Program-made: the position numbers and the translations under genes
Shown here: piece by piece, positions 47,124-56,848 of the stretch
How the letters are laid out: each line of letters begins with the position of its first letter
How positions within the stretch are numbered: position 1 is the first letter of the stretch
Source: Deltaproteobacteria bacterium
GTDB lineage: Bacteria > UBA10199 > JACPAL01
Direction: 5' to 3'
NCBI GenBank assembly: GCA_016180845.1
Contig: JACPAK010000001.1
Location: forward strand, 290,565-354,564
DNA length: 64,000 bases
The notes under the pieces: generated by a model
What the model saw: only the letters and a program-made list of their open reading frames with translations
The model's database searches: none
Told to the model about the DNA's origin: nothing

Positions 47124-48992
47124 TTAGACAAACTGCGCCCCTTGTTTCTGCCCTTCCCGCTTGATCGGTGAATCGATTAAATACCGTGGCAGGAGAGACT
47201 TCCAAAGACCGGTTCGTGTATCTACTCTCGCTGTATAAACACTCCGGCAACGACTGAAAACAGTCTTCTGACAGCTCGCCCCACGCAGAATAATCTGGTC
47301 GATGAGCGACTGACCCAGGTTTACCTGATAGAGATCCGCCCCTTCGAGATACCCCCGTGTAAAATTCCCCTCGATCTCCATTCCGAAGATCCCATGCGGC
47401 ACGTCAGCCAGCTTCACCCCCTCCCAATGGACCTCTTCCAGATTATTCCAACCCCTCCAGATCACGCGGTCCCTCAAGATCGTTGCCCCAAAAAAACCTT
47501 GGGTTCGACGCTCGGAGAACCGGGCACGCGTGAAATCACAGGTATCAATAATCAAAGAGGCTCTCAGGTCGCCAAATTCAACGGCCGGATCAAAAACAGC
47601 CTCTGGAAATTGACAACGGCGAAATTCTGTTCCCATCAGCTGGGCAACAAAACCGCTCTTCACGCTCCTCGGATCATTGACAAACTGAAATCCGGCGAAG
47701 TCACAATCCTCGAAAAGGATGCCAAGCGACCGAGCGTCTTGATCTTGGGGAAGCAGGGAGGAAATTTTGGTCCCTGACATGAGGGAATTCCTGAAATGAC
47801 ACCGAGTAAAATGGGAGTCCAGCCCGAAGTAGCATTCGGTGAAGACTGTCTGCCAGCCTTCTTCTGTCTTCGGTAGTGAGCTGAAATCAACATGGATCCC
47901 CCTGAAATTTTTAAATGTCGTCTGATAAAAGAGGGAGCCGGGAAAGCTGCTTTTTGAAACGGACACCCATTCAAAGATCGTATTCTGGATCTGACATCGG
48001 TCAAAACGCGAGTTTTTGATATGGTGAAACTTGTCTCCCGCCTCTCCTTTGAAAGTAACACCTTTAAAGATGCATCTGTTGAAGAGATTCCCTTGCAGGG
48101 CACAGCGATCAAATCGGATGTTTCTGAGTGTTATTGATTCCCAATGAACATCATCAAAAAAGCATCTTCCAAAATATCCACCATACCCCCCTGTCTCGAT
48201 CGTCCCACTGATCGTCGTCCCACCGCTAAATTGACAGAAATCGAACGGCGTCTCTATTAAATGGATCCCCTTCATCTGCACATCATCAAAGAGACAGTTT
48301 CGGAAGTAACCGTCCGTCAGTTTGAAATCCTCAAAGACGGAGCCGGAGAAATCGATGAAGACGTTCTCCTTGCTTCCGGGAAGATACGTCCCACCTGAAA
48401 ACTTGACCGATTTCAGATCAAGCCCCTTGATATGAACACCCCTCATATCGATGATCTGGACGGAACGAAATCCGATGAACTCATGTCGGACCCTCACCCC
48501 CCCTTCCTGCAGCAGTTCATCAACCATATAAAATGGATTCATCGAATTCGGCTTTTTCTGAAAATAGCGGCTGATGACCGAGTCAAATATTTCCTGGTTT
48601 GTCCGCATCCCACCCGCCGGTGGATTCGGCCAGAGCGTTGAGCCTGGTGGAAAGAGCCGGTTCGGGGGATTGAACCGACCGATTCCGTCGATCGTTATTC
48701 TTGAGGAGAGAAAGAAGGCACCGGCAAGAATAGCAGCCACCCCTAAAAGGATTCCGATCTGTAAAAACGGGTCCGATAGTTGACCTTGACTCAGATCGGT
48801 TTCCTCTCTCTTCACGAAACGGCTGAGGGAGGGGTAGGCAGCAGCGGTGAGAACCGCGAGACTGATTCCAGGAAGGGCTCCCTTAAATGATTGAGCCACT
48901 CGACCACTGACCAGTGATCCCGCGTCCGTTACAAAAGACGGCATGATTGGAATCGCAGGACCTCCAAGCGCTGTCGCCGCTACGGTAGTCAT
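47124..48992 (-). CDS. pentapeptide-repeat protein with N-terminal membrane anchor
   Basis: 622 aa; N-terminal TM helices then many tandem A(D/N)LxF-like pentapeptide repeats. Confidence 0.6.
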   Translation of the reverse strand: MTTVAATALGGPAIPIMPSFVTDAGSLVSGRVAQSFKGALPGISLAVLTAAAYPSLSRFVKREETDLSQGQLSDPFLQIGILLGVAAILAGAFFLSSRITIDGIGRFNPPNRLFPPGSTLWPNPPAGGMRTNQEIFDSVISRYFQKKPNSMNPFYMVDELLQEGGVRVRHEFIGFRSVQIIDMRGVHIKGLDLKSVKFSGGTYLPGSKENVFIDFSGSVFEDFKLTDGYFRNCLFDDVQMKGIHLIETPFDFCQFSGGTTISGTIETGGYGGYFGRCFFDDVHWESITLRNIRFDRCALQGNLFNRCIFKGVTFKGEAGDKFHHIKNSRFDRCQIQNTIFEWVSVSKSSFPGSLFYQTTFKNFRGIHVDFSSLPKTEEGWQTVFTECYFGLDSHFTRCHFRNSLMSGTKISSLLPQDQDARSLGILFEDCDFAGFQFVNDPRSVKSGFVAQLMGTEFRRCQFPEAVFDPAVEFGDLRASLIIDTCDFTRARFSERRTQGFFGATILRDRVIWRGWNNLEEVHWEGVKLADVPHGIFGMEIEGNFTRGYLEGADLYQVNLGQSLIDQIILRGASCQKTVFSRCRSVYTARVDTRTGLWKSLLPRYLIDSPIKREGQKQGAQFV

Positions 48993-49080
48993 TCAGCCTA
49001 TTATTCGATGGGTTGGGGTATAAAGATGCGGATTTTTTAAGCAGCAACTTCATCAGAGGGAAATACGAAATAGCGACCAA

Positions 49081-49764
49081 ATGCCACCCCCCTTAAGCCG
49101 CTATGCCGAATACCTTCGTTCGCTGACCTCGGCACCGTCCTACCCGCAGCCATTGGAGCAACTCCAACCGGCAAGGACGATCGCCCTGACACCAGCACAG
49201 GATCTCCTCGACACCATTTTTTCAAGGACACCGCGCATCCTAGAGGAGAGGGGGCCCGAACGGGTCCTGACGCAACCAATCCATCACCTCCAAAGTTACT
49301 TGCATAATGTCTCTCAGCAGGCGGAATGGCTCCGAATCCAGGCGGTGAACATGCCGAGGGGAAAGAGTCATGGCTTGTCATGGCTCATGAGAAGGAAGGC
49401 AATTGCTCAGGCCCGGGTCATACAAAGGTCCGCCGATGCTGCGTCCAGAAGGGTTGAGGCGATCAAAAGTGGTTGGACTCCGAAATCACTCGAGAGAACA
49501 CGAGACCTCGTCGCAAGAACGATCATGCTCGTCGATAACCTCAAGGGAGAGGCGGATGAGATTCTGAGGATTGCGCCGACCGCTACCTTTCCGGCCCGAC
49601 ATGAACTAAGCCAGCCATTTGCGCGTGCCTTCTTCGCCTTTCTGAATCGTGTCTATAATTTCTATATCGAAAGAGGGGCAACCCATCAAATAGCTAGTCG
49701 CTACGGCCTCCCGATGACGGCAATGATCATGCTCGTCAGTGTAACCGCCGTCTTCAATGGATAA
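49081..49764 (+). CDS. hypothetical protein
   Basis: 227-aa ORF, no motif. Confidence 0.3.
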   Translation: MPPPLSRYAEYLRSLTSAPSYPQPLEQLQPARTIALTPAQDLLDTIFSRTPRILEERGPERVLTQPIHHLQSYLHNVSQQAEWLRIQAVNMPRGKSHGLSWLMRRKAIAQARVIQRSADAASRRVEAIKSGWTPKSLERTRDLVARTIMLVDNLKGEADEILRIAPTATFPARHELSQPFARAFFAFLNRVYNFYIERGATHQIASRYGLPMTAMIMLVSVTAVFNG

Positions 49765-50845
49765 GTTAACCTTCTTTTTTGAGGGAGATGACTTCTTTTC
49801 AAGTCTCCGCCAAGCGATCGCGCAGGCAACTGAGTCCGTCGAGATCGAACTCTATTATTTTTCTGATGACGATGTCGGCCTCAGCTTTAGTGAACTTCTC
49901 AAGAGAAAGGCCAAGGAAGGGGTCAAAGTCCGCATCATTTATGACGCCGTGGGGTGTCGTGGAACGTCCTCAAAATTCCTGGATGCCTTGGAAAAATCCG
50001 GCATGCGGCTCAAGGAATATAATCCGCTTCTTCCCCCTCGAAGGCACTTCGGAAGACGAGATCATCGAAAGATTATGATTGTTGATCACAGGATCGGTTT
50101 TTTGGGCGGGTTTAATATCGCCTCGGAATACTCTCGCACGAGCGCCGGCGAAACAGCCTGGAGAGACAGCGGGATCTGCTTTGAGGATCCGGAACTGATT
50201 CAAAAACTTGTGCAACTCTTCGAAGACTCCTGGGAGGAGAAAAGGCTTCGCATAAAAGATTTTATTCGGGAAAAAATTCCACGACCCGACTGGAGTCGGA
50301 GAAAGCATCATCTCCTGGCAAGTCATGGTTGGAACCGAAAGGGACTCATTCGAGAAGAATACCTTTCTGCGATCATCCATGCGAAAAGATTCATCTACAT
50401 CACAAATTCCTATTTTATTCCGGATCGGGGAATCCGACGCGCCTTGAGAAAGGCCTCCGGACGCGGCGTTGATGTCCGCCTCTTGGTTGCTGGCCCGACC
50501 GATGTCCCGATCGCCCGCTGGGCCAGTCAAGCAACTTACTCTTCATTCCTGAGAGCCGGGGTCAGAATCTACGAGTACCAGGGGCGTATCCTGCATGCGA
50601 AGAGTGCCGCTATTGATACCGAATGGTACACCGTCGGAACCTCCAACATGGATCCCCTGAGTTTTTTCCATAATCTGGAGGTTAATTTTTTAGGACGGGG
50701 TCCTGAAGAGGCCCGACTCTTGATGGTCCAGTTTGCGGAAGATCTCAACTTTTCAAAGGAGCTCTCCCTTGAGATTTGGAGACGGCGTCCCTGGTGGACC
50801 CGATTGAGAGAGCGGTTTTTCTTTTTTTTCAGGGCGTGGCTTTAG
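49757..50845 (+). CDS. cls: cardiolipin synthase / phospholipase D family (two HKD motifs)
   Basis: HRKIMIVDHRIGFLGGFN and HAKSAAIDTEWYTVGTSNMD. Confidence 0.8.
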   Translation: MDKLTFFFEGDDFFSSLRQAIAQATESVEIELYYFSDDDVGLSFSELLKRKAKEGVKVRIIYDAVGCRGTSSKFLDALEKSGMRLKEYNPLLPPRRHFGRRDHRKIMIVDHRIGFLGGFNIASEYSRTSAGETAWRDSGICFEDPELIQKLVQLFEDSWEEKRLRIKDFIREKIPRPDWSRRKHHLLASHGWNRKGLIREEYLSAIIHAKRFIYITNSYFIPDRGIRRALRKASGRGVDVRLLVAGPTDVPIARWASQATYSSFLRAGVRIYEYQGRILHAKSAAIDTEWYTVGTSNMDPLSFFHNLEVNFLGRGPEEARLLMVQFAEDLNFSKELSLEIWRRRPWWTRLRERFFFFFRAWL

Positions 50846-50998
50846 GCTAATCTGTCACGAAATGTCACAGAATGTATGCGTTAGCGTCAGGGGAAGCTGC
50901 ACGTCGCCCACTAAAATTCCAATGAATTCAATAAAGTAATTTGATCCCACCTTTTGGCGAATCTTTTGCAACGATATCCAGGAAAGAAGGAGGTTTTT

Positions 50999-51355
50999 AT
51001 GAAAAAGGTAAAAAATATCGCGAGGGGCCTCATGATCCTCATCGGGATTTTGGTGATCTCATTCTCTATCCCTATTCTCTACGGTGCTAGCCTGGAAAAG
51101 CAGGTAAAAACCGAAAAGTTGTTTTTTGAAGTCAAGGGAATGAAGAATCCAAAAGATGTGGAGAGGATCAAAAGTGAATTAAGGAAAAACGCCGGGGTCT
51201 TTTTGAGTAACTGTGATCATACCGCTGGAACCTGTACGGTTGATATTGATCCCGCGGTCACGAAGTGGGAGGCGATAGTGACATCGATTAATCAATTGGG
51301 GTTTAAAGCAATCCCCTCGGAAAAAGATAAAAAGTTCACAGAAATGCCGCATTAA
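50999..51355 (+). CDS. hypothetical membrane-anchored protein (HMA-like fold without CxxC?)
   Basis: Start trimmed from ORF-track 50954; AAGGAGG RBS. Confidence 0.3.
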   Translation: MKKVKNIARGLMILIGILVISFSIPILYGASLEKQVKTEKLFFEVKGMKNPKDVERIKSELRKNAGVFLSNCDHTAGTCTVDIDPAVTKWEAIVTSINQLGFKAIPSEKDKKFTEMPH

Positions 51356-51423
51356 AAAAGAAGGGCTAGGATTACCCGCCTCTCCGGCGGGTAATCCTCT
51401 GCTTGGGTTGAGCTCCCTTGTTT

Positions 51424-51840
51424 TTAACCCGCCTTCTGGTAAATCTTTCCCACAAGCAAACCGGCGACGGTTGACTCGATCATCCCGCCGATGAACCAGG
51501 CGACAAGGAGCTTCGCCGGATAAGGAACATAGGCGTAGTGGGCAACGGTCATCGGAAGATGCAAAAGAAGTCCAATCCATAATCCATAGCGCAACCCCTG
51601 ACCGATCGGAGATTTTCCCGTCTCCATCCCCTTCGTGTAGATATAACAAAAGAAAAGGGCGAAGAGGATGTGGCCGAGATAAATGAAATGCATCAACTTC
51701 ATCATCTCCGCCTCAGGACGCCAGAACTGCATCGTTTCAATGTAGGTCGATTCCAGAATCTTGCCGTGGTAAATCATTCCGAAGATCGTGAGCCAGACAA
51801 AGACGGCGACTGCCGATAGCAGATATCTTTTGGTGTTCAT
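51424..51840 (-). CDS. hypothetical integral membrane protein
   Basis: 4 predicted TM helices. Confidence 0.35.
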   Translation of the reverse strand: MNTKRYLLSAVAVFVWLTIFGMIYHGKILESTYIETMQFWRPEAEMMKLMHFIYLGHILFALFFCYIYTKGMETGKSPIGQGLRYGLWIGLLLHLPMTVAHYAYVPYPAKLLVAWFIGGMIESTVAGLLVGKIYQKAG

Positions 51841-51878
51841 TGGATCCCCCTTTTTTTAGGCCCTCATATCATAGGAGG

Positions 51879-52736
51879 TTAAGCAGAGGAATCAGAAAGT
51901 AACCCAAGGGGTAAAAAGATCAGTAATCCAATTGTCAGTTTGGTAAAAATTTCCGGCAAGGGTCCTGGGAAGCGCGCCGCAAGAAATTTAACCTCCGTAA
52001 CAAATCGAGCCGCCGTTTTTTTTGGGCCTAACTCGCGAGCCACGATTCTCAAAATACCCAGACCATTTGTTGCCCTTTCGCAATGGCTCGCCAACTCTGC
52101 TGTATCCGCAACCATCCCCATTTGAGAGATCCTCGTTGTCGCTAGTGAAGGGGGGACTCCTCGCTGTGACCTGTGTGGAGTCCAACCTGGGGAGGCGGAG
52201 TCTGGTTGAAACCAAACATGACCGATCTTCGGCGCTTCTTCCCCCTCCACCGCCAGAACAGTGCCACGAAGAGCTGTAAATCCATATCTTCTTCCACCGG
52301 CTCCGGAGTCTCGTGGCATATGACCGGCAGCGAATTGTGCCTGTTCGATAATACGATTCGCAGCCATCTCTGCAGAATGAACTTCAGCAAAAACCGCATC
52401 CAAAAAACTCCCCAGATTAGCAGCCTCCTCCGGACCTCTCAAAAGAAGGGAGAATCGGCCCACTATTTGCTCGATCGGTTGAAAGAGCTGACCGACCCAT
52501 TGACCAAAGGACCGGAATGTCAATTTCTCGGCAAAAATTCTTGAGGTTGCCTGGAGCTGAAACAAATCTTCTCCGCCAACCAATCCCGAGCCCGTAGCCA
52601 ACGATCTCGCGAGCTGATCAATGTCACCTACAGAGGTTGCGGAGGCGATCGCCGGATGTTCATGAAGAGGAGGTAATTCCGACAACGTCCGAATCACAGC
52701 GACCGTTGCTTCTTCCGTAGGACTTGGAGTCTTCAT
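51879..52736 (-). CDS. hypothetical protein
   Basis: 285-aa ORF, no motif. Confidence 0.3.
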   Translation of the reverse strand: MKTPSPTEEATVAVIRTLSELPPLHEHPAIASATSVGDIDQLARSLATGSGLVGGEDLFQLQATSRIFAEKLTFRSFGQWVGQLFQPIEQIVGRFSLLLRGPEEAANLGSFLDAVFAEVHSAEMAANRIIEQAQFAAGHMPRDSGAGGRRYGFTALRGTVLAVEGEEAPKIGHVWFQPDSASPGWTPHRSQRGVPPSLATTRISQMGMVADTAELASHCERATNGLGILRIVARELGPKKTAARFVTEVKFLAARFPGPLPEIFTKLTIGLLIFLPLGLLSDSSA

Positions 52737-52739
52737 TTT

Positions 52740-53213
52740 TTAATTCCGGTTTCGAAATTTACAAACCAGCAACAACCGATGTTCCTTGGGACCAAAGTAG
52801 TTTTGGATAGAACGACTTTTTCTGAAACCAAATTGGCCCAACAATCCCTGCGAGGCGTTGTTCGAGGGGCTGCAAGTAGCGTAGACTTTTTTGACTCTCA
52901 GTTGCTTGAAGCGTTGAAATAAATTCCGACAGAGTTTTTCTCCAACACCTCGACGGTGGAGATTTTTAGCAACAGCGATATCCAGCAACCATCCCTGGGA
53001 TTGATCGGCCGAAATCAGACCGCCGACGACAAAACCAACTACTTTCCCTTTCGATATCGCAACAAAAAACAGGTCAGAGAAGAGATCGAAATATTGAATG
53101 AATGAAAAAAGTGGAAGGAGACTCGATTTTGAGAAAAACCGGGCCTCAATGGCTGCAACGGCAGACAGATCACCTTGCTGGCACCGTCGGATTTTAATGA
53201 ATGGCGGGGCCAT
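52740..53213 (-). CDS. GNAT-family N-acetyltransferase
   Basis: HRRGVGEKL CoA-binding motif. Confidence 0.7.
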   Translation of the reverse strand: MAPPFIKIRRCQQGDLSAVAAIEARFFSKSSLLPLFSFIQYFDLFSDLFFVAISKGKVVGFVVGGLISADQSQGWLLDIAVAKNLHRRGVGEKLCRNLFQRFKQLRVKKVYATCSPSNNASQGLLGQFGFRKSRSIQNYFGPKEHRLLLVCKFRNRN

Positions 53214-53214
53214 A

Positions 53215-53236
53215 AAGTAACCGGTACCTTCTGGTC
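53215..53236. repeat. REP-like repeat, degenerate half copy G
   Basis: AGTAACCGGTACCTTCTGGTC matches right half of family. Confidence 0.4.
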
Positions 53237-53305
53237 TTCCTAAGAGTCAATAGATATCGGTTGATTGGTAATGGGAACCTTGCTACCTAAGCGACCGTAG
53301 CGACG

Positions 53306-53378
53306 GCTCCCATCGTCTAGAGGCCTAGGACGGTGCCCTCTCACGGCATAAACACCGGTTCGAATCCGGTTGGGAGCG
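53306..53378 (+). tRNA. tRNA-Glu (anticodon CTC)
   Basis: 73-nt cloverleaf: acceptor GCTCCCA/TGGGAGC, D-loop AGAGGCCTAGG, anticodon loop CTCTCAC, T-arm ACCGGTTCGAATCCGGT; very similar to E. coli tRNA-Glu. Confidence 0.85.
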
Positions 53379-53396
53379 CAAACAAAGGAGGACTCT

Positions 53397-53732
53397 ATGC
53401 ACATCACAAAACTAGCCATCATGATGGTGGTATTTCTGGCTCTGTCGATTCCGGCACTGGCCAAGACCTTCAAGGTCAGTGAGTATAAAAAGTCGGGTAT
53501 TTATGAGCAAGAGATCGGCGATTTCCGTTACCTGTATGATACGGTGACTGAATTGTGTTACTTCATGTATGTAGACGGAAGCACGGCCGCCGGGCTGACC
53601 TCTGTCGATTGCAATCGCGTCACGAGACGGCCCGAATGGTCCGACTCGCTAAAAACACCGGCGTCCGAAGCAGAGCCGGAGGTAGCGCCAGAGGCAGAAT
53701 CTAAAGCTGCTAAGCCCAAGAAAAAGAAGTAA
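53397..53732 (+). CDS. hypothetical secreted protein with Lys-rich tail
   Basis: Signal peptide MHITKLAIMMVVFLALSIPALA; GGAGG RBS; start trimmed from TTG 53370 that overlaps the tRNA. Confidence 0.35.
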   Translation: MHITKLAIMMVVFLALSIPALAKTFKVSEYKKSGIYEQEIGDFRYLYDTVTELCYFMYVDGSTAAGLTSVDCNRVTRRPEWSDSLKTPASEAEPEVAPEAESKAAKPKKKK

Positions 53733-53747
53733 CGAATCGGACGGCAT

Positions 53748-54086
53748 CTATTTCTTCTCGTGCCGATACAGAACGACTCGAACTTTTTCGACTGTCACCA
53801 GTCCCTCTTTGACCATTCCGTTCAAAATCGGCAGGAAGGATTCGATCTTTTCCTCAGCATCCACAATCTCAATAATGACCGGCAGGTCCTCCGAAAGCCT
53901 CAGGATCTTCGCCGTATGAATTCGACTGGCCGCCCCAAATCCCTCAAACCCCTTGACCACCGTACATCCGGCCAAACCCCTCTCTCTGGCCAACAACATA
54001 ATCGCCTCATGGAGCGGTTTTCCGTCATGCCGGTCCGATTCACCGATGAAAATCCGGAGCAACTTTCCCTCTTCGGGTATCTGCAT
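53748..54086 (-). CDS. DUF190 (UPF0166) protein, CrcB-associated
   Basis: LLRIFIGESD...PLHEAI...GCTVVKGFEGFG pattern of DUF190. Confidence 0.7.
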   Translation of the reverse strand: MQIPEEGKLLRIFIGESDRHDGKPLHEAIMLLARERGLAGCTVVKGFEGFGAASRIHTAKILRLSEDLPVIIEIVDAEEKIESFLPILNGMVKEGLVTVEKVRVVLYRHEKK

Positions 54087-54096
54087 AACCCCTCCC

Positions 54097-54471
54097 TTAT
54101 ATGGTTCGCGCCAGGAGAACACCAAGTAACAACCCAACAAAACAACCTGCAAAGCTTGCCGCTACATTCACTCCAGCCAGGAGATACTCGCTCTCCTTGA
54201 ATAACCCCCAGGTCTCATAGGCAAAACTTGAAAAGGTGGTAAAGGCACCGAGAAAACCGATCAGCAGGGTTGTTCGCATAGCGGAACTCAGCAAAAACTT
54301 TTCCTCGGCGATTGTCCCCAAAAAACCGATCGCACAACAACCCGCAAGATTCACAGCAAGCGTTCCATAGGGAAATTCGGATCCCAGAAAGCGATGAACC
54401 AACCCACCCACCAGATAGCGAGAGAGGGTCCCCGCTGCCCCGGCCACTGCCAAAAGAGTTAATCTCGCCAT
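54097..54471 (-). CDS. crcB: fluoride channel Fluc/CrcB
   Basis: GTLSRY, FPYGTLAVN and GAFTTFSSF CrcB blocks; start trimmed from ORF-track 54537. Confidence 0.8.
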   Translation of the reverse strand: MARLTLLAVAGAAGTLSRYLVGGLVHRFLGSEFPYGTLAVNLAGCCAIGFLGTIAEEKFLLSSAMRTTLLIGFLGAFTTFSSFAYETWGLFKESEYLLAGVNVAASFAGCFVGLLLGVLLARTI

Positions 54472-54476
54472 ATTTT

Positions 54477-55238
54477 TTAATAAGGTCGTACCAGAACCCG
54501 GCTCAGGAAAGAACGCGTTCGTTCCGCCTTCGGGCAATTGAAGACCTCCGCCGGTGTCCCGATCTCGACGATCTCCCCCTGATCGAGGACAATGATCCGA
54601 TCGGCCACCTCCCGCGCGAAGCTCATCTCATGGGCCGCCATGAGTGTCGTCATCCCATCGTCAATCAAATCCCGAACGACTGAAAGGACGTCACCGACCA
54701 TCTCCGGATCGAGTGAGGAGGTCGGCTCGTCAAAGAGCATCGTCTGAGGCCTCATCGCAAGCGCCCTCGCGATCGCGACCCTCTGCTGTTCACCACCGGA
54801 AAGCTTTTCGGGATAACGGTCTTCCTTGGAATTCAGATTCACCTTCCTTAAAAGTTCCCGCGCCTGGCTGACCGCCTCCTCATGGGAAAGACCCAAGACC
54901 TTCGTTGGTGACTCAATGATATTTTGCAAGACTGTCATGTGGGGAAAGAGATTCAGATGTTGAAAAACCATCCCGACCATGAGACGGATCTGGCGAATCG
55001 CCTCACGATCCTTCCGCTTGGGCCTCAGCCGCTCGATCGAATGGAGTTCGATCGGCCCGACATCAATCTCCCCCTCCTGGAAATATTCGAGTCCATTAAT
55101 ACACCGAAGCAAGGTGCTCTTCCCGCTCCCGGAGGGTCCGATGATCGCCACCGCCTCGCCTTTCGCAATTTCGAAGTCGATCCCCTTGAGGACATGATGA
55201 TCGCTGTATGACTTGTGAAGTCCTTGAATTTTTATCAT
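54477..55238 (-). CDS. amino-acid ABC transporter ATP-binding protein (GlnQ/HisP-like)
   Basis: Walker A GPSGSGKST, LSGGEQQRVAIARAL signature. Confidence 0.85.
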   Translation of the reverse strand: MIKIQGLHKSYSDHHVLKGIDFEIAKGEAVAIIGPSGSGKSTLLRCINGLEYFQEGEIDVGPIELHSIERLRPKRKDREAIRQIRLMVGMVFQHLNLFPHMTVLQNIIESPTKVLGLSHEEAVSQARELLRKVNLNSKEDRYPEKLSGGEQQRVAIARALAMRPQTMLFDEPTSSLDPEMVGDVLSVVRDLIDDGMTTLMAAHEMSFAREVADRIIVLDQGEIVEIGTPAEVFNCPKAERTRSFLSRVLVRPY

Positions 55239-56713
55239 CGAAGAGCCCTCCCCATACGCCTTTCCAGCCGCCTACTCAAGAGGGAAAGTGGGTAACTCAT
55301 CCCAAAATAGAGGAAGGCGGTAATCAACCCCAATTCAAAATACTTAAAGGTTGTCGAGGCCAGAATGCTGTACGTCTTCGTAAGCTCAACCATCGCAATC
55401 ATGGAGACGATCGAGGAATCCTTAAAAAGGGCGATGAAATCATTTGTCACTGCCGGCAGGGTGATGCGAATCGCCTGAGGAAGGATGATCCGTCTGACCA
55501 CAACCGACTGAGGCATCCCCAAGGCCTGGGCCGCTTCACTCTGGCCTCTCGGGATGGCGGCAATCCCAGCTCGATAGATCTCGGACTCGTAGGCGGCGTA
55601 ATTCATCCCAAGTCCGAGGATCGCCGCAACGAAAGGACTCAAACTGATCCCAATATTCGGAAGACCATAATAAAGGATAAAGAGTTGAACCAGCAGCGGT
55701 GTCCCTCGATAGATCTCGATATAGGCGGTCGCCAATCGACTGAAGGGCCCCGGTACATAAACACGAACGATCGTCAGAGCTAATCCGAGGACAATCGCCA
55801 AGACCATAGAAAGCACGGAGAGCCCAATGGTAATACCGGCCCCTTTCAAAAGGGTCGGGATAAATCGTAAGGTCGACACCTCCCGTGCCATCTCCCAAGT
55901 CATCATGCCGGAAAAATCACTCTGAAAAAGTTTGTCTTGTGCCTTATTCCAAATCCTCCATTTCTCATAAATTTTCTGCAGCTTTCCATTATGGAGGAGT
56001 TTTTCCAAAATCCGATCAATCTCCTTTTTGAGTTCCTCCTCCCCCTTCCTCATCGCAATCCCGTAAAAACCCTCACCGACCGGATCTCCGACAAATTTCA
56101 GCTTCGGATTCGGTCCGGCATAATACTCGGCAATCGGAAGGTCGAGGAAGACCGCATCCAATCTCCCCAAGGCAAGATCGGTATACGGCTCTACCTGCCC
56201 TTTGTAGACACGGATATTCACTCCACCGAGCTGGCCCAGCATCATCATCGCGGCTGAGGCAGAAAGGGTCCCGACCCTCTTTCCCTTCAGGTCCTCAAAC
56301 TTTTGAATTTTTTCTTCTTCCCTGCGAACAACGATCTGTTCGGTATAGACGTAAAAGGGGCGTGAGAAGAGAACCTCCCCCTCACGTTCCGGTGTGATCT
56401 CGATTCCATCCAGAGAAAGATCAAAGTCTCCCTTTTGCAACGCAGGGATCAGGTTGTCCCAATCATCCTGGAATTGTCTCTGGCCGACACCAAGCTCCTT
56501 CGTTATCGCCTCGACAATCTCCACCTCGAAGCCCAGAAGACGATCCGGATCCTTCGGGTCCGGGAAAATAAATGGGGCACCCCCTTCACGATCAGCCCCC
56601 CAGAGGAGGAAGCCTCGAGATCTGATTTTCTCTAGTGTGCTTTCTTGACTAAAGGCCGCTCCGGAGAGCGCGGAAAAACCGAGCACCAGGAAGGCCAACC
56701 GGATCCAGGACAT
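55235..56713 (-). CDS. fused periplasmic substrate-binding protein / permease of polar amino-acid ABC transporter
   Basis: N-terminal SBP_bac_3-like domain after signal peptide; C-terminal permease with EAAQALGM EAA loop. Confidence 0.8.
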   Translation of the reverse strand: MSWIRLAFLVLGFSALSGAAFSQESTLEKIRSRGFLLWGADREGGAPFIFPDPKDPDRLLGFEVEIVEAITKELGVGQRQFQDDWDNLIPALQKGDFDLSLDGIEITPEREGEVLFSRPFYVYTEQIVVRREEEKIQKFEDLKGKRVGTLSASAAMMMLGQLGGVNIRVYKGQVEPYTDLALGRLDAVFLDLPIAEYYAGPNPKLKFVGDPVGEGFYGIAMRKGEEELKKEIDRILEKLLHNGKLQKIYEKWRIWNKAQDKLFQSDFSGMMTWEMAREVSTLRFIPTLLKGAGITIGLSVLSMVLAIVLGLALTIVRVYVPGPFSRLATAYIEIYRGTPLLVQLFILYYGLPNIGISLSPFVAAILGLGMNYAAYESEIYRAGIAAIPRGQSEAAQALGMPQSVVVRRIILPQAIRITLPAVTNDFIALFKDSSIVSMIAMVELTKTYSILASTTFKYFELGLITAFLYFGMSYPLSLLSRRLERRMGRALR

Positions 56714-56848
56714 TTTTCTTCTCTTTAACAACTGATTTTCAAAAGTTCCAAGGGAAATCAGAAAAATTTTCAAATTTGATACTTGGGGTATTGGTGATGA
56801 CCATTATCATCTTGCCCTCATCATGAGGATGCCTTAAAACCCTCTCCT

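Noticed and set aside
54472-54560. Fluoride riboswitch upstream of crcB
   Set aside because: crcB starts 6 nt after the ABC ATPase stop. No conserved crcB-motif sequence was recognisable by eye in the overlapping region.
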